DNA of 64,000 nucleotides, taken from assembly GCA_017882165.1 (NCBI GenBank), contig JADGPZ010000003.1:878-64877 (forward strand), given 5' to 3'. Source of the DNA: Candidatus Kapaibacterium sp. Lineage in GTDB: Bacteria; Bacteroidota; Ignavibacteria; Palsa-1295. Both the position numbers and the translations under genes were made by a program. This document shows, in pieces, positions 38,922-50,133 of the stretch. A model generated the notes under the pieces. That model saw nothing but the letters and a program-made list of their open reading frames with translations. It was not told the DNA's origin and did not search any database. How positions within the stretch are numbered: the first letter of the stretch is position 1; the number at the start of each line of letters is the position of its first letter.

Positions 38922-39758
38922 TTATTTCGTGCGGCGCTTAACGATGTACTTATTCGATGCGTTCTTACGCTTCCGGGTCTTGAGGCCCTTTGAAAGCTGT
39001 CCCCACGGCGACTTCGGATGTTTGCGTCCTCCGCCCGACTTCGACTTACCTTCGCCACCACCCATCGGGTGATCGACCGGGTTCATCGCCATACCGCGCG
39101 TCTGCGGACGAATACCGAGCCAGCGTGAACGTCCGGCCTTGCCCCAGCTAATATTGAAGAAGTCAGAGTTTCCGACCTGTCCGATCGTCGCGAAGCATTC
39201 AAGGCGAATCTTGCGCGTCTCGCCGGATGGGAGACGAATCGTTGCGAACTCACCCTCCTTGGCCATCACCTGGCACGCATTGCCGGCGGAGCGAGCGATC
39301 TGCCCGCCGCGGCCCGCGCGCAGCTCCACATTGTGGACGAACGTGCCGAGCGGCATATTCTTCAGCGGCAAAGTATTGCCAACGTTAATTTCGCTTTCCG
39401 CTCCGGACGTGATCGTCGCACCGACATCCAGTCCACCGGGAGCGAGGATGTAACGCTTCTCGCCATCCGCATACTGGATGAGTGCGATGCGGCAGCTCCG
39501 GTTCGGATCGTATTCGATCGCGGTGACCTTGCCGGGCACCATGATTTTGTCCCGCTTGAAGTCGATTACGCGGTACATCCGCTTGTGGCCACCGCCACGA
39601 TGCCGTGACGTGATGCGTCCCGTGTTGCCGCGGCCACCCGACTTGCGGAGTGGCTCGAGCAGCGCCTTCTCCGGCGTGGTCTTCGTGACCTCGTCGAATG
39701 TCGAGATCGAATAGTACCGCGTCGCCGGCGTTCTTGGTTTTAGATTCCTAATAGCCAT
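38922..39758 (-). CDS. rplB: 50S ribosomal protein L2
   Basis: 278 aa, [14 protein letters not shown]...GGGHK. Confidence 0.96.
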   Translation of the reverse strand: MAIRNLKPRTPATRYYSISTFDEVTKTTPEKALLEPLRKSGGRGNTGRITSRHRGGGHKRMYRVIDFKRDKIMVPGKVTAIEYDPNRSCRIALIQYADGEKRYILAPGGLDVGATITSGAESEINVGNTLPLKNMPLGTFVHNVELRAGRGGQIARSAGNACQVMAKEGEFATIRLPSGETRKIRLECFATIGQVGNSDFFNISWGKAGRSRWLGIRPQTRGMAMNPVDHPMGGGEGKSKSGGGRKHPKSPWGQLSKGLKTRKRKNASNKYIVKRRTK

Positions 39759-39763
39759 TGCTC

Positions 39764-40081
39764 TTACAACGCTCCTTTATCTTTCGCCTCGACCGGCGCG
39801 AAAATATCGATCGTCTGACCGGCTTCAAGGTGTACGATTGCCTTCTTGTAGCCCTGCTTAATGCCACGCCGCACGCCCTTGCGCGTATTCTGCGTCTTGT
39901 GCTTCGGCTTGCGCCACGAGGTCTGAACGCTCTTGACCGCGACACCGAACTTGCGCGCAACCGCCTGAGCGATCTCGATCTTGTTCGTATCCGGCAGAAC
40001 TTCGAAGTGATAGATCCCCTTCTCGGCCTGCAAGGTCGCTTTCTCGGTCAGCAGCGGACGTTTTAAAACTTCTCGTACCAT
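39764..40081 (-). CDS. rplW: 50S ribosomal protein L23
   Basis: [15 protein letters not shown]... Confidence 0.9.
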   Translation of the reverse strand: MVREVLKRPLLTEKATLQAEKGIYHFEVLPDTNKIEIAQAVARKFGVAVKSVQTSWRKPKHKTQNTRKGVRRGIKQGYKKAIVHLEAGQTIDIFAPVEAKDKGAL

Positions 40082-40101
40082 GATTCTTCCCTGATGTCCC
40101 G

Positions 40102-40776
40102 TTACGCCGGTATAGAAATGTGCTCGACTTCCGGCAATTCGTTCGCCATGCCGTTAAACGTATTTTCGATCATCTTCACGGCGGATTCCTCGGCGATCAC
40201 GGCGCGCGATTTCCAAATCTCGTACATCGAAACCTTATCGGCCGCGAGCACCGTCAGGGTCGGGATGTTCCGTCCGCTGAGAAACAGCGTGCCGTTGTCA
40301 CCAGCCGTAAGCAAGAGCGCCTGCTTCTTATCGAGTTGCAGTGCGTTAAGCACCTCTTGCACCTGCTTCGTGCGCGCACCGCTAAAATTCAAATCTTCAA
40401 CAACGACGAACGCGTTCTTCTGAACTTTTTCCGAAAGAGCGCTCTTCCGCGCGAGCTGCTTCACCTTGCGTGAGAGCTTCTGCGTGTACTTATGCGGCTT
40501 CGGTCCGAACATCGTGCCACCACCCGGATGCAGCGGGCTCTTGATGTCACCCTGGCGCGCCCGGCCGGTGCCCTTTTGGCGAAACAGCTTCCTCGTCGAG
40601 CCGGCAACTTCGCTGCGACCCTTGGTCTTGGCCGTTCCCTGGCGCTGCGCCGCGAGATAGGCATTAATCGAGAGCCACATCGCATGCTCGTGCGGCTCGA
40701 TCGCGAAAATGTCGTCCGGCAGGTCGATCATTCGACCCGTGCCCGTACCGCTCTTGCTTAAAACTTCGAGTTCCAT
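40102..40776 (-). CDS. rplD: 50S ribosomal protein L4
   Basis: 224 aa, ...QKGTGRARQGDIKSPLHPGGG.... Confidence 0.92.
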   Translation of the reverse strand: MELEVLSKSGTGTGRMIDLPDDIFAIEPHEHAMWLSINAYLAAQRQGTAKTKGRSEVAGSTRKLFRQKGTGRARQGDIKSPLHPGGGTMFGPKPHKYTQKLSRKVKQLARKSALSEKVQKNAFVVVEDLNFSGARTKQVQEVLNALQLDKKQALLLTAGDNGTLFLSGRNIPTLTVLAADKVSMYEIWKSRAVIAEESAVKMIENTFNGMANELPEVEHISIPA

Positions 40777-40825
40777 GTGTTTTCGATAGATTCTATGGAT
40801 TCGATAGATTCTATAAAATCTACTC

Positions 40826-41461
40826 TTACGCTTTTACTATCTCGACCACCTGATTCTTCGCACCGGCAAACGAGCCGCTGACTAAAATCAGATTTTGATC
40901 GGCCACGATCCGCACGACGCGAAGATTCCGAGTGGTAATCCTCTTGCCGCCCATGCGACCACCCATGCGCTGCCCCTTGAACACGCGCGAAGGATAGCTC
41001 GAAGAGCCGATCGAACCGGGATGGCGCTGGCGATCCGACTGACCGTGCGTGGACTGTCCAATACCACCAAAATGGTGGCGCTTGACGACGCCCTGAAATC
41101 CGCGGCCTTTCGATGTCCCGACGACGTGTACGACGTCGCCTTCGGCGAAAATATCCGGCACCTTAATCTCGGCTCCCAGCGCGAACGAAGCGATCTTCTC
41201 ATCCGAAAAGGACCGCACTTCCTTCACGTAACGCTTCGCCGATGTTCCCGCCTTGTCGAAGTGCCCCTTCTCGGGCTTGTTCAACTTGCGCTCCGCCATG
41301 TCCTCAAAAGCAAGCTGCACGGCGGCGTAGCCGTCGCGCGCCTTCGTCTTGACTTGCGTGACGTAGCACGGGCCGACTTCCAAAACGGTCACGGGCACAT
41401 ATTGCCCCTGATCGTCGAAGACCCCCGTCATGCCAACTTTTTTTCCAAATAGTGCGCTCAT
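40826..41461 (-). CDS. rplC: 50S ribosomal protein L3
   Basis: MSALFGKKVGMTGVFDD... Confidence 0.95.
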   Translation of the reverse strand: MSALFGKKVGMTGVFDDQGQYVPVTVLEVGPCYVTQVKTKARDGYAAVQLAFEDMAERKLNKPEKGHFDKAGTSAKRYVKEVRSFSDEKIASFALGAEIKVPDIFAEGDVVHVVGTSKGRGFQGVVKRHHFGGIGQSTHGQSDRQRHPGSIGSSSYPSRVFKGQRMGGRMGGKRITTRNLRVVRIVADQNLILVSGSFAGAKNQVVEIVKA

Positions 41462-41566
41462 TGTGTCAATTGCGAATTACGAATTACGAATCACGAATGC
41501 GCCATGTGGCTTCTGTCCGAATTACGACCCATTCGTAATCCGTCATTCGCAATCAATAATTAAGCG

Positions 41567-41869
41567 TCACACCTTGATCTCTACTTCTACTCCCGCCGGC
41601 AACTCGAGCTTCATCAGCGAATCGACGGTGCGGCTGTTCGAATTCAAAATGTCGATGAGCCGCTTGTGGGCGCGGATCTCGAACTGCTCGCGGCTCTTCT
41701 TATCCACGTGCGGCGAGCGGTTGACCGTATAGATCGACTTCTTCGTCGGAAGAGGGATCGGTCCAGAGACCACGCAGCCTGTCGGCTTGACGGTCCGGAT
41801 GATCTTCTCCGCGCTCTTGTCGATCAGGTTATGATCGTACGACTTTAATTTGATTCGAATCTTCTGCAT
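41567..41869 (-). CDS. rpsJ: 30S ribosomal protein S10
   Basis: [24 protein letters not shown]..., 100 aa. Confidence 0.96.
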   Translation of the reverse strand: MQKIRIKLKSYDHNLIDKSAEKIIRTVKPTGCVVSGPIPLPTKKSIYTVNRSPHVDKKSREQFEIRAHKRLIDILNSNSRTVDSLMKLELPAGVEVEIKV

Positions 41870-41898
41870 TATTCTTTTTGATGCCCTCTCTCGTCCGG

Positions 41899-41937
41899 GG
41901 AGGGAAAAAGAAAGCGCGCATCCAAAAAGATGCGCGC
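41899..41937 (-). terminator. Intrinsic terminator / attenuator between tuf and rpsJ
   Basis: Minus-strand hairpin gcgcgcatc-ttttt-ggatgcgcgc followed by tttctttttccc. Confidence 0.5.
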
Positions 41938-41945
41938 TTCAAGAA

Positions 41946-43154
41946 TTACTTCGTGATCTTATCGACGACTCCGGCTCCGACCGTGCGTCCGCCTTCGCGG
42001 ATAGCAAAGCGAAGTCCTTCTTCCATGGCGATCGGGCTAATTAGCTCGATCTTCATTTGGACGGAATCGCCCGGCATCACCATCTCGACGCCTTCTGGCA
42101 GCGTCGCAACGCCAGTCACATCCGTCGTGCGGAAGTAAAACTGGGGGCGATAGCCATTGAAAAACGGCGTATGACGTCCACCCTCTTCCTTCGAAAGCAC
42201 GTACACCTTCGCTTCGAAGTTCGTGTGTGGCGTGATCGAGCCGGGCTTCGCGATGACCTGACCACGCTCGAGATCGTTCTTCTCGACGCCGCGGAGCAGC
42301 AGACCGCAATTATCGCCAGCCGTACCTTCATCAAGCTCCTTACGGAACATCTCGACGCCCGTGACGACCGTCTTCTTGTGCTGGCCGAGACCGATGATCT
42401 CGACTTCCTCGCCAACGCGAACCTTACCGCGCTCGATGCGGCCCGTGCCAACCGTACCGCGACCGGTGATTGAGAACACGTCCTCGATCGACATCAGGAA
42501 CGGCTTATCGACATCGCGAACCGGAGTCGGGATGTAACTATCGACCGCATCCATAAGGTCGTAGATGCACTTGAGGCGAGGATCATCCGGCGTTGTGCTC
42601 GGATCGGAGCCGGCGTTCAGCGCGTTCAACGCGGAACCCGGAATGATCGGGATCTCGTCTCCCGGAAATTCATACTTGCTGAGCAGCTCGCGAACCTCGA
42701 GTTCAACGAGTTCGAGCAGCTCCGGATCGGCCGCATCGACCTTGTTCATAAATACAACGATACGGGGCACGCCAACCTGACGAGCGAGCAGGATGTGCTC
42801 GCGGGTCTGCGGCATCGGGCCATCCGTCGCGGCAACGACCAGAATGGCACCGTCCATCTGCGCGGCACCCGTGATCATGTTCTTGACATAATCGGCATGG
42901 CCGGGACAGTCCACGTGCGCGTAGTGACGGGCAGCCGTCTCATACTCGACGTGGGCCGTGGCGATTGTGATTCCACGGGCGCGCTCTTCGGGCGCGTTAT
43001 CGATGGAATCGAACGTGCGCACCTGGGTGCCCGGCAATTTTTTCGCGAGCGCCATCGTGATCGCGGCGGTCAGCGTGGTCTTGCCGTGATCGACGTGGCC
43101 AATGGTGCCTACGTTGACGTGCGGCTTGGAGCGGTCAAATTTTGCTTTTGCCAT
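41946..43154 (-). CDS. tuf: Elongation factor Tu
   Basis: 402 aa, [33 protein letters not shown]. Confidence 0.98.
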   Translation of the reverse strand: MAKAKFDRSKPHVNVGTIGHVDHGKTTLTAAITMALAKKLPGTQVRTFDSIDNAPEERARGITIATAHVEYETAARHYAHVDCPGHADYVKNMITGAAQMDGAILVVAATDGPMPQTREHILLARQVGVPRIVVFMNKVDAADPELLELVELEVRELLSKYEFPGDEIPIIPGSALNALNAGSDPSTTPDDPRLKCIYDLMDAVDSYIPTPVRDVDKPFLMSIEDVFSITGRGTVGTGRIERGKVRVGEEVEIIGLGQHKKTVVTGVEMFRKELDEGTAGDNCGLLLRGVEKNDLERGQVIAKPGSITPHTNFEAKVYVLSKEEGGRHTPFFNGYRPQFYFRTTDVTGVATLPEGVEMVMPGDSVQMKIELISPIAMEEGLRFAIREGGRTVGAGVVDKITK

Positions 43155-43628
43155 TGCAGTGATTAATTAGACGTCTCGATTGTCTGAAAAAACCTGTTCG
43201 GAGCACGCACACCACACCCATACGAGTGTGATCTCATACTCCTAAAAAACGTTGTTCGTTACATTGAAAGCGTGAACGCGATCCGTCTCGACGCTTTGCG
43301 TCACGCTTTACGAGAGGCCGGCCGAAAAACTCGGGGCCACTTTCCAGATCCGCATGCGGAACGCTCGGAATGCCTTTCCCTTGATGGGAAGCCCCTGACG
43401 GGGCAAGGCAGAACACGTCCTCCGGTAGAACCAAAGTCGTCTATTCTTAGCGCTCTGATGGATACAGAGGCGGATCGTTTCAATGAACCCTCGAACGAAG
43501 AAGCAAAAAAATCGCGATTGAAAGCGTGATTCTGGCGTTCTTCCTTACGAGGCGCGCTAATAACTGGCCCTCGACGTGAAGAGTTTCGAATTTCTTGCTC
43601 ATTCCTAAGCTATTTTTAAGGCATCCTC

Positions 43629-46073
43629 ATGCGCCTATTCGCTATTCGAGAGACTATGAAGCAGCACACCCTCTCGATCTTTCTCCTATTGGTGGTACTG
43701 CTTTTAGCCTTTTTTCCGATTCTTTTTCAGGGAAAGCTCCTGCTTCCGACGGATTTGGGCGACTCCATGACTTTGCCGTTTTCACAGAGCTACGGCCCGC
43801 AGCAGGCACAAAATGCATACGTATCGGACGGCCTCTTTCAATTCTACCCGTACAAGCTCCTTCTTCGCGATGCGTGGCAACATGGTCGATTCGCGTTTTG
43901 GAATCCACTCAATCTCTGCGGCTATCCGGCCTATGCCGAAACGATGTCGACGAATTTCGATGTCCTGAACATTGTACTGCTTCTGTTTTCGATGCCGTTT
44001 GCTTTTCACCTCTATCTGATCTTGCCTCTCCTCATTGCCGGTAGTGGCTTCTATTGCTTCCTCACAAGTTACAACGTGAATATTTGGATCGCACGAATAT
44101 TCGCGACGAGCTACATGCTCTGCGGCCTCTTCATCACGCATCTGCTCCCGCATTTTATGCCCGGCTCGATGTGCTGGGCGCCGGTCGTTTGTTTATTTCT
44201 CAAACGATATTTCGATCGAGGCAGCAACGGTCAGATTTTGCTTGCCGGCGCATTCCTTTGTCTCGGCTTCCTTGGCGGGAATATGCAGACCGCAATGTTC
44301 CTGGCCATCCTCATGGCATTCTATTCGTTGACCTACTGGTCGAAGACCGGGCCAATTCCCTTCACGACGCGCGTCATTGCTTTTGCGAGCGTGCTCACCA
44401 TCGGAGTGTTCTTGAGCGCGATTATGTGGCTGCCGACGCTCGAGCTTTTTTGGAATGTGATGCGCGATGGCTTGGTCTCTTCGACAAGCCTCACCCGAGG
44501 CTATTCCCCGCTTCAACGTTTGCTCAGTATCCCGATGCTCTTGACATTTTTCATTCCATCCATTGCCGGAAGCGCATCGGGCATGAGCATCTACAAAAGC
44601 ATCGGTGTTTTTACGATTGATTTTAACGCCGCAATCGGTTACATCCCTCTGCTCATCGGATTTTGGGCCGCGATCAAATACTGGAGGGACCGAACGATCC
44701 TTCCATTTGCCCTGATGGTGTTTTGTGGTTTCCTCTTTCCGATCGCGACACCGCTCTTTCGCTTTCTCTACCACCGCTTTTTCATCGTCGCCATTTTCGG
44801 ATTATGCGGAGCGGGAGCCATTGGATTTCAGCGTGTGCTCGATGACGACGATGCGCGTGAGTCCGCACGGCGATTGCTCCGATATTCTTTCTATGCTTTT
44901 GCAGTAGTCGCCGGACTGATCGTAACCGTCGGGCTGCTCATTCTTACGAACCACGAGCGGGCATGGGCGATGGGTGTGAAATACCTGCTGCCTCGGTTCG
45001 AACACATCTCGTTCGCCGAAGGCAATCATGCCTGGGTTGTCGATTATATGCGCGCAACGATCGATAGCTATTCGCTTGATTCGCCGGTCATGCTTCTTTC
45101 GCTCCTCTCGATTGCGATTGGATACTACTTGCTCCATACGCTCCTCCGCGCTCCGAACCGGAATCAGAACGTGAAGCTGGCTGGCATTTGGGCCATCGGC
45201 GCGTTCCAGGTGGCGATGTTCGCTTACACGTGGCTCCCGCACGTCGACTCCAAATCATTTCCTCTGCTTCCGCGCACGCACCTCACGGATCTTCTCAGCC
45301 ATGACAGCTCCGCGCGCGTGTTTGTGGACCGCCGGTCGCATCCGAACGAGCAATATCTTTTGATCGACAACGAGAATGCAGCGTATGGGATTGCAGTCAT
45401 CAGCGGCTTTGAGAGCCTCCTGCCACGGAGCTTCTATCTGCATGTTCCACGGCTCACGAACGACTCAACGATGCCCGCGAAGTTACTTGGACTCCTGAAC
45501 GTAAGATACATTCTCACCGGGAACAGCAGTCATCTTTCGAGCAGCGAATTTGAACTATTGGGCTCAGGCAAATGGCGTCTGTGGAAGAATCGTGCGCCCG
45601 TCCGTCGCGCCTGGTTCTCCGATCGTGTGATAATTTCGCCGAACGATTCGACAACGCTTGCAATGCTGGATGACACTGCGTTCGATCCTCGCGTCGTCGC
45701 GTTCACAGGAGAAAGTGTCGAATCACTGGCATCTCCGCTTCCATCGCTAACAGCAACCGCGAATATCATTGTAGACAAGCCCGAGTCGGTCATGATCGAG
45801 ACCTCTAATGACTATCCGGGATACTTGGTATTATCGGACACCTATTATCCCGGCTGGGAGTGCTTTGTCGATGGACACAAGCGGGAAATCCACCGGGCAA
45901 ATTACGCGATGCGCGCGGTCTATCTGGAAGCAGGCAAGCACCGCGTCGCATTTGTGTTTGACCCAATGAGCTATCAGATCGGCAAGTGGATCTCGATACT
46001 CGCGCTCGCTGGCATCCTCGGGTTCGGTGCGCTCGGGCTTGTTCGGCGTTCGTCATTCGCGAAATCTGAATGA
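43629..46073 (+). CDS. YfhO-family integral membrane protein (putative membrane glycosyltransferase/glycan-modifying protein), paralog 1
   Basis: 814 aa. N-terminal ~450 aa polytopic, then an extracytoplasmic domain. ~35-40% identical to the next ORF. Motifs FWNP..L.GYP, IARIFAT.YML and LLP.ATPLF..YHRFF. 4-nt ATGA overlap with paralog 2. Confidence 0.55.
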   Translation: MRLFAIRETMKQHTLSIFLLLVVLLLAFFPILFQGKLLLPTDLGDSMTLPFSQSYGPQQAQNAYVSDGLFQFYPYKLLLRDAWQHGRFAFWNPLNLCGYPAYAETMSTNFDVLNIVLLLFSMPFAFHLYLILPLLIAGSGFYCFLTSYNVNIWIARIFATSYMLCGLFITHLLPHFMPGSMCWAPVVCLFLKRYFDRGSNGQILLAGAFLCLGFLGGNMQTAMFLAILMAFYSLTYWSKTGPIPFTTRVIAFASVLTIGVFLSAIMWLPTLELFWNVMRDGLVSSTSLTRGYSPLQRLLSIPMLLTFFIPSIAGSASGMSIYKSIGVFTIDFNAAIGYIPLLIGFWAAIKYWRDRTILPFALMVFCGFLFPIATPLFRFLYHRFFIVAIFGLCGAGAIGFQRVLDDDDARESARRLLRYSFYAFAVVAGLIVTVGLLILTNHERAWAMGVKYLLPRFEHISFAEGNHAWVVDYMRATIDSYSLDSPVMLLSLLSIAIGYYLLHTLLRAPNRNQNVKLAGIWAIGAFQVAMFAYTWLPHVDSKSFPLLPRTHLTDLLSHDSSARVFVDRRSHPNEQYLLIDNENAAYGIAVISGFESLLPRSFYLHVPRLTNDSTMPAKLLGLLNVRYILTGNSSHLSSSEFELLGSGKWRLWKNRAPVRRAWFSDRVIISPNDSTTLAMLDDTAFDPRVVAFTGESVESLASPLPSLTATANIIVDKPESVMIETSNDYPGYLVLSDTYYPGWECFVDGHKREIHRANYAMRAVYLEAGKHRVAFVFDPMSYQIGKWISILALAGILGFGALGLVRRSSFAKSE

Positions 46074-48484
46074 GCCTGACTCGATCGCGCACGGAAATCC
46101 GGCAAGCGTTCGTAACGCTTGCTCTGCTCGCGCTTGCGCTTGGCGCAACATTCTTCCCGGTTCTCTTCGAAGGGAAGTCACTCTTGCCCAGCGATCTCAT
46201 CAATACGATGACGCTCCCGTTCTCCGAATCGTATCAGGCGCCGCACGCATACAATTCTCTCGTCACGGATGGCTACTTCCAATTTTACCCACTAAAATAT
46301 CTTACGTCTCAAGCGTTCGAGAGTGGTCATTTTGCATTTTGGAATCCCTTCATTCTTAATGGCTATCCGCAGTACGTCGAAGGAATGTGGACATACAATC
46401 CCATTCTTCTGTTGCCGCTGTCCTTCGCCGTTCGCCTCAATTTTCTTTTGATTTTTCCGCTCCTCGTCGCAGGCTTCGGGATGTACTTGCTGCTTCGTGA
46501 TTACGCCGTGCGTGTTGGTATCGCTCGCATATTCGCAACAGCATACATGCTGAACGCGCTCTTCCTCACCCATCTCCTGGCACATTTCATTCCCGCCGCA
46601 TTCAGCTTTGCGCCGTGGATATTGTTCTTTCTCCACCGGTATCATACCAATGCTCGGTTACCATCAATCGCTCTTGCCCGTATCACGCTCGGTCTCGGCA
46701 TCTTATCAGGCAATGTGCAAACGGCCGCTTTTCTCTTTTATATTGCTGCGTGCTATTGGCTTGCGTTAAAATGGAGCAGTGAGAGACGACTGAACGTGCG
46801 CCCGCTTGCATTGGCACTTCTCATCGGAATTGGGATCGGAATGGTGTATCTCCTTCCGGCCAGTGAAATGCTACATGAGGTCACGAACGGCGGCGTATCG
46901 TTCTCGACAAGTTTTCAGCGTGGGTACAGTTTCGCTTCTCGCCTGTTGAGCCTGCCGCTTCTCGTGACATTCTTCTTGCCTCAACTGGCCGGATCGATCC
47001 GTGGAGTAACACTTCCGGCCAGTATCGGAGTCTTTCCGATTGATTTCCAGGGCGCGATCAGCTTTGTGCCGCTTCTTCTCGCGATTTGGGGAAGCATGCA
47101 CCTGTGGAAGACTAAGCCAGAAATCCGGCCATTCGTTTTGCTTGGCATAACGGGATTGCTGCTCCCCATCGCGACTCCACTCTTTCACCTTGTTTACCAT
47201 CGCTTCTTCGTGGTCTTCGTGCTGGGGGCCTGTGGAGCCGGGGCCATCGCATTAGAAGAGATTTTGCAGAACGACAAATGGAAGCACAGCATCGTCCGAT
47301 GGCTCGCGTGGGCTTCGGTCCTGTTGGGAGTGCTAATCGTGCTACTGTCGGTCTCGTCGTGTATTTTGTATTTTGAGCATGAACGTGTTCTCTCAATGGC
47401 GAGAGAATATCTACTCCCTCGCTTTGCGCAAGCGGCGTTCGCCTCAGGCAACGAGAGCTGGATCGCATCGCGAATTCGAGAGGCGGTCGAGTACTGGAGT
47501 ATTCTCAGGCCGGAATGGATTGCGGCGATTGCAAGCAGCATGGTAGCCGTTGGCGTCGTGTACCTGGGGATCAGCAAGAGAATCCTCTCGCACCCTCGGA
47601 TACTTGCCGTCCTGTGGGTAATAACGACGTTCCAGCTTGTCCTCTTTGCGCGGTCCTGGCTGCCTGCCACCGATACGCAACGCTTCCCACTCTACCCCTC
47701 AACTTCCGAGACACGACTCTTACAATCGCTCAGCGTGAACTCGCGAGTTTGCTTCTTCCGCCAGATAGCCCCCGGCAAGCAAACGATGTTCATTGATAAT
47801 GAGAACATCATATACAGCATTCGCGAGGCTACGGGTTATGAGAGCCTTACTCCGCGCTGCCTCTTCAATGCGATCGGCGTGACCCCGGATGCTGCCACAC
47901 AACGTCTGCTCTCGCGTTTCAACGTCGGTACAATTTGCACGGCTCTTCCGATTGCTGACACCACGCAACTCACCACGTTGGTGCGCGGGCCAATATGGAT
48001 TTATCGCCTCAATTCCCCGACGCCAAGAGCATTCCTTACGTGCAGTACCGCAACGTTGCCAAACGACCGGTTGGTACTCGATTCGTTACGCTACAGTCTT
48101 TCGCCGTGGCCGGCGGCCCTGTTTACAGGAGACCAAAAGCCCGTTGCGATGAGCGCGACTATCGATCAACATGATTCGGTCTCACTCCTCGAAGATTCTG
48201 GCAGCAGAATTGTTTTTCGAACGCATTCGGATCAGTCGGAATACTTCGTCCTGACGGACACATATTATCCCGGCTGGATCTGCACGGTTGATGGCGTTGA
48301 AACGGAAACGCAGCGCTGCAATTATGCAATGCGGGCGGTGCTGCTTCATCCGGGATATCATACCGTTGAGTACCGATTCGAGCCTAAGTCATTTCGATTG
48401 GGACTCTGGCTCAGTATTGTCTCAGCTTGCCTGCTTGCGTTGGTTATTCCCTATGACTTCTTTCGGCGACGGCTGGCAAAATAA
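46070..48484 (+). CDS. YfhO-family integral membrane protein, paralog 2
   Basis: 804 aa, same architecture and conserved blocks as paralog 1. Confidence 0.55.
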   Translation: MSLTRSRTEIRQAFVTLALLALALGATFFPVLFEGKSLLPSDLINTMTLPFSESYQAPHAYNSLVTDGYFQFYPLKYLTSQAFESGHFAFWNPFILNGYPQYVEGMWTYNPILLLPLSFAVRLNFLLIFPLLVAGFGMYLLLRDYAVRVGIARIFATAYMLNALFLTHLLAHFIPAAFSFAPWILFFLHRYHTNARLPSIALARITLGLGILSGNVQTAAFLFYIAACYWLALKWSSERRLNVRPLALALLIGIGIGMVYLLPASEMLHEVTNGGVSFSTSFQRGYSFASRLLSLPLLVTFFLPQLAGSIRGVTLPASIGVFPIDFQGAISFVPLLLAIWGSMHLWKTKPEIRPFVLLGITGLLLPIATPLFHLVYHRFFVVFVLGACGAGAIALEEILQNDKWKHSIVRWLAWASVLLGVLIVLLSVSSCILYFEHERVLSMAREYLLPRFAQAAFASGNESWIASRIREAVEYWSILRPEWIAAIASSMVAVGVVYLGISKRILSHPRILAVLWVITTFQLVLFARSWLPATDTQRFPLYPSTSETRLLQSLSVNSRVCFFRQIAPGKQTMFIDNENIIYSIREATGYESLTPRCLFNAIGVTPDAATQRLLSRFNVGTICTALPIADTTQLTTLVRGPIWIYRLNSPTPRAFLTCSTATLPNDRLVLDSLRYSLSPWPAALFTGDQKPVAMSATIDQHDSVSLLEDSGSRIVFRTHSDQSEYFVLTDTYYPGWICTVDGVETETQRCNYAMRAVLLHPGYHTVEYRFEPKSFRLGLWLSIVSACLLALVIPYDFFRRRLAK

Positions 48485-50121
48485 ATGCCAATTGCCGACA
48501 GGCAGGTGAGCGCTATGGAGGCAAGAGTGACATTCGTACCGGCGATTTCTGCATCCGAAGTCTCCAACCGAATCGTAAGCACGGAGTGCCCTGCGGGGAG
48601 CCCTACGCGGGTCCGTCCGATAGAATCGGGTTCGGTATGCGATCGGATGCCATTCACGGTTGCAACCCACTCCGGCCAGTAATACAGATGGAGGGTGGCC
48701 GTTGAGGGGTGGGCTATGGTGATCTCATAGCTTCGCTCATTGGGGTGCTCATAGCGCGTCGTAACAGAGCCAGGAGAGTCCAGCATGAAGTGCGGCTCGT
48801 TCGCGCTGGCACTGTAGCGATGACCAACAGAATCCATCGGGATCGTTATTGTCCGCGAGTAGAACTCTCCGCGTGCTTCCATCGAGGAAACCACATGTGT
48901 TCCGATCCTCAAGTTTAGCATGGATGCTCCTTCGATGCCAGTCGTGACAATGAGCCAGGACAGGAGCATCAGAACTATTGCTCGCGGCAAAATCGGATTC
49001 CTCTCGGTGTCCTGAATCAGAAACACAATTGCCAGAAGCATCAAGATCATATCCATGCGCCAAGGGAATTGGATCATGTGAATCGGTAGGATCCATGATG
49101 AAAGAAAATTGAATACAAAGGGAAATTGGAAAACGAGACCAATCGTCCATGCGGCGAAAAAGAATCGGTATTGTGCCGCCTGTTGCCCGGCGCGTCGCTG
49201 ACCTCGTGCTTCTCTTTGGACAGCCCTGAACCAGATTGCGGCCAATGAAAGAAATATGAGCGGAATTACGATACGCGTTTGAAGATAACCGCCATTGACC
49301 GTCTCCAAGAGCGGCGAGTGCTCCCCCGTCGGAAACAAGTTGTCGAGACCGAGTCGGCCCAGGTGCAACACAGCCGGCAGTAAGCAGACCGATGCGATCC
49401 CACACGACAGCAGCAGTGACCATACTCCGAGCGCCGATCGTTCCCAATCTCTACCGAGTATCAGAAGCGCAGTCCCGAGAAGAAGAAGGAGACTGATGCC
49501 GGACGGGATACTACTCAGAAGAACCGCAGCGCAACCGAGCGTGGAGAGGAGGAAGCGCCACCAGGTCGAGCGGTCGTAAATACTCAATGCGCACACCAGG
49601 AAGACCAGTGGCATAAATGAGAAGGAGACGACTTCCGAGAGCGAACCACGAGTGAAGAGCGTAAAATAAACATAGGGATTGAAGGCATAGATGAGACTCC
49701 CGGCTAAAACTTGGCGACGGTCAAGTGCAAGCGAACGTAAAAGTATTCGCATGAAAAAGAAACTGCCAAGATAAGCAACGGCTGCAACAATCCGAAAGAG
49801 CATCTCGGATGAGAATGCCGGGCCAACCCACGCAATCACGGATGCCAACAGGTAGGTAATGGGAGGATAATAATAGAAGACGGGAGAGCCCAGTCCGTAA
49901 AATGAGAGGTGCGACCACCGCGGCCACCAACTAAAATAGGCGAAGATTTCACGGAAGGCTCCAATCCAAAAGATGTGTACACTCGCATCGTGACCGTCGA
50001 TCCGCAGAAAGACGAGCGATGTCACGTGAACTGCTGCAAGCACGAAACCAGCAAAGATGAGCAGTTGCGGACGTCGGACTTCCGCTGTGAAGCGCCGAAG
50101 CATGAGTGGAATATCGGTCAT
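48451..50121 (-). CDS. Polytopic membrane protein with an extracytoplasmic C-terminal domain (GT-C-like / glycan polymerase-like), unassigned family
   Basis: 556 aa, ~10 TM then a soluble domain. Its 3' end overlaps the 3' end of YfhO paralog 2 by 34 nt. Confidence 0.4.
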   Translation of the reverse strand: MTDIPLMLRRFTAEVRRPQLLIFAGFVLAAVHVTSLVFLRIDGHDASVHIFWIGAFREIFAYFSWWPRWSHLSFYGLGSPVFYYYPPITYLLASVIAWVGPAFSSEMLFRIVAAVAYLGSFFFMRILLRSLALDRRQVLAGSLIYAFNPYVYFTLFTRGSLSEVVSFSFMPLVFLVCALSIYDRSTWWRFLLSTLGCAAVLLSSIPSGISLLLLLGTALLILGRDWERSALGVWSLLLSCGIASVCLLPAVLHLGRLGLDNLFPTGEHSPLLETVNGGYLQTRIVIPLIFLSLAAIWFRAVQREARGQRRAGQQAAQYRFFFAAWTIGLVFQFPFVFNFLSSWILPIHMIQFPWRMDMILMLLAIVFLIQDTERNPILPRAIVLMLLSWLIVTTGIEGASMLNLRIGTHVVSSMEARGEFYSRTITIPMDSVGHRYSASANEPHFMLDSPGSVTTRYEHPNERSYEITIAHPSTATLHLYYWPEWVATVNGIRSHTEPDSIGRTRVGLPAGHSVLTIRLETSDAEIAGTNVTLASIALTCLSAIGIYFASRRRKKS

Positions 50122-50133
50122 CCGTTATAGATT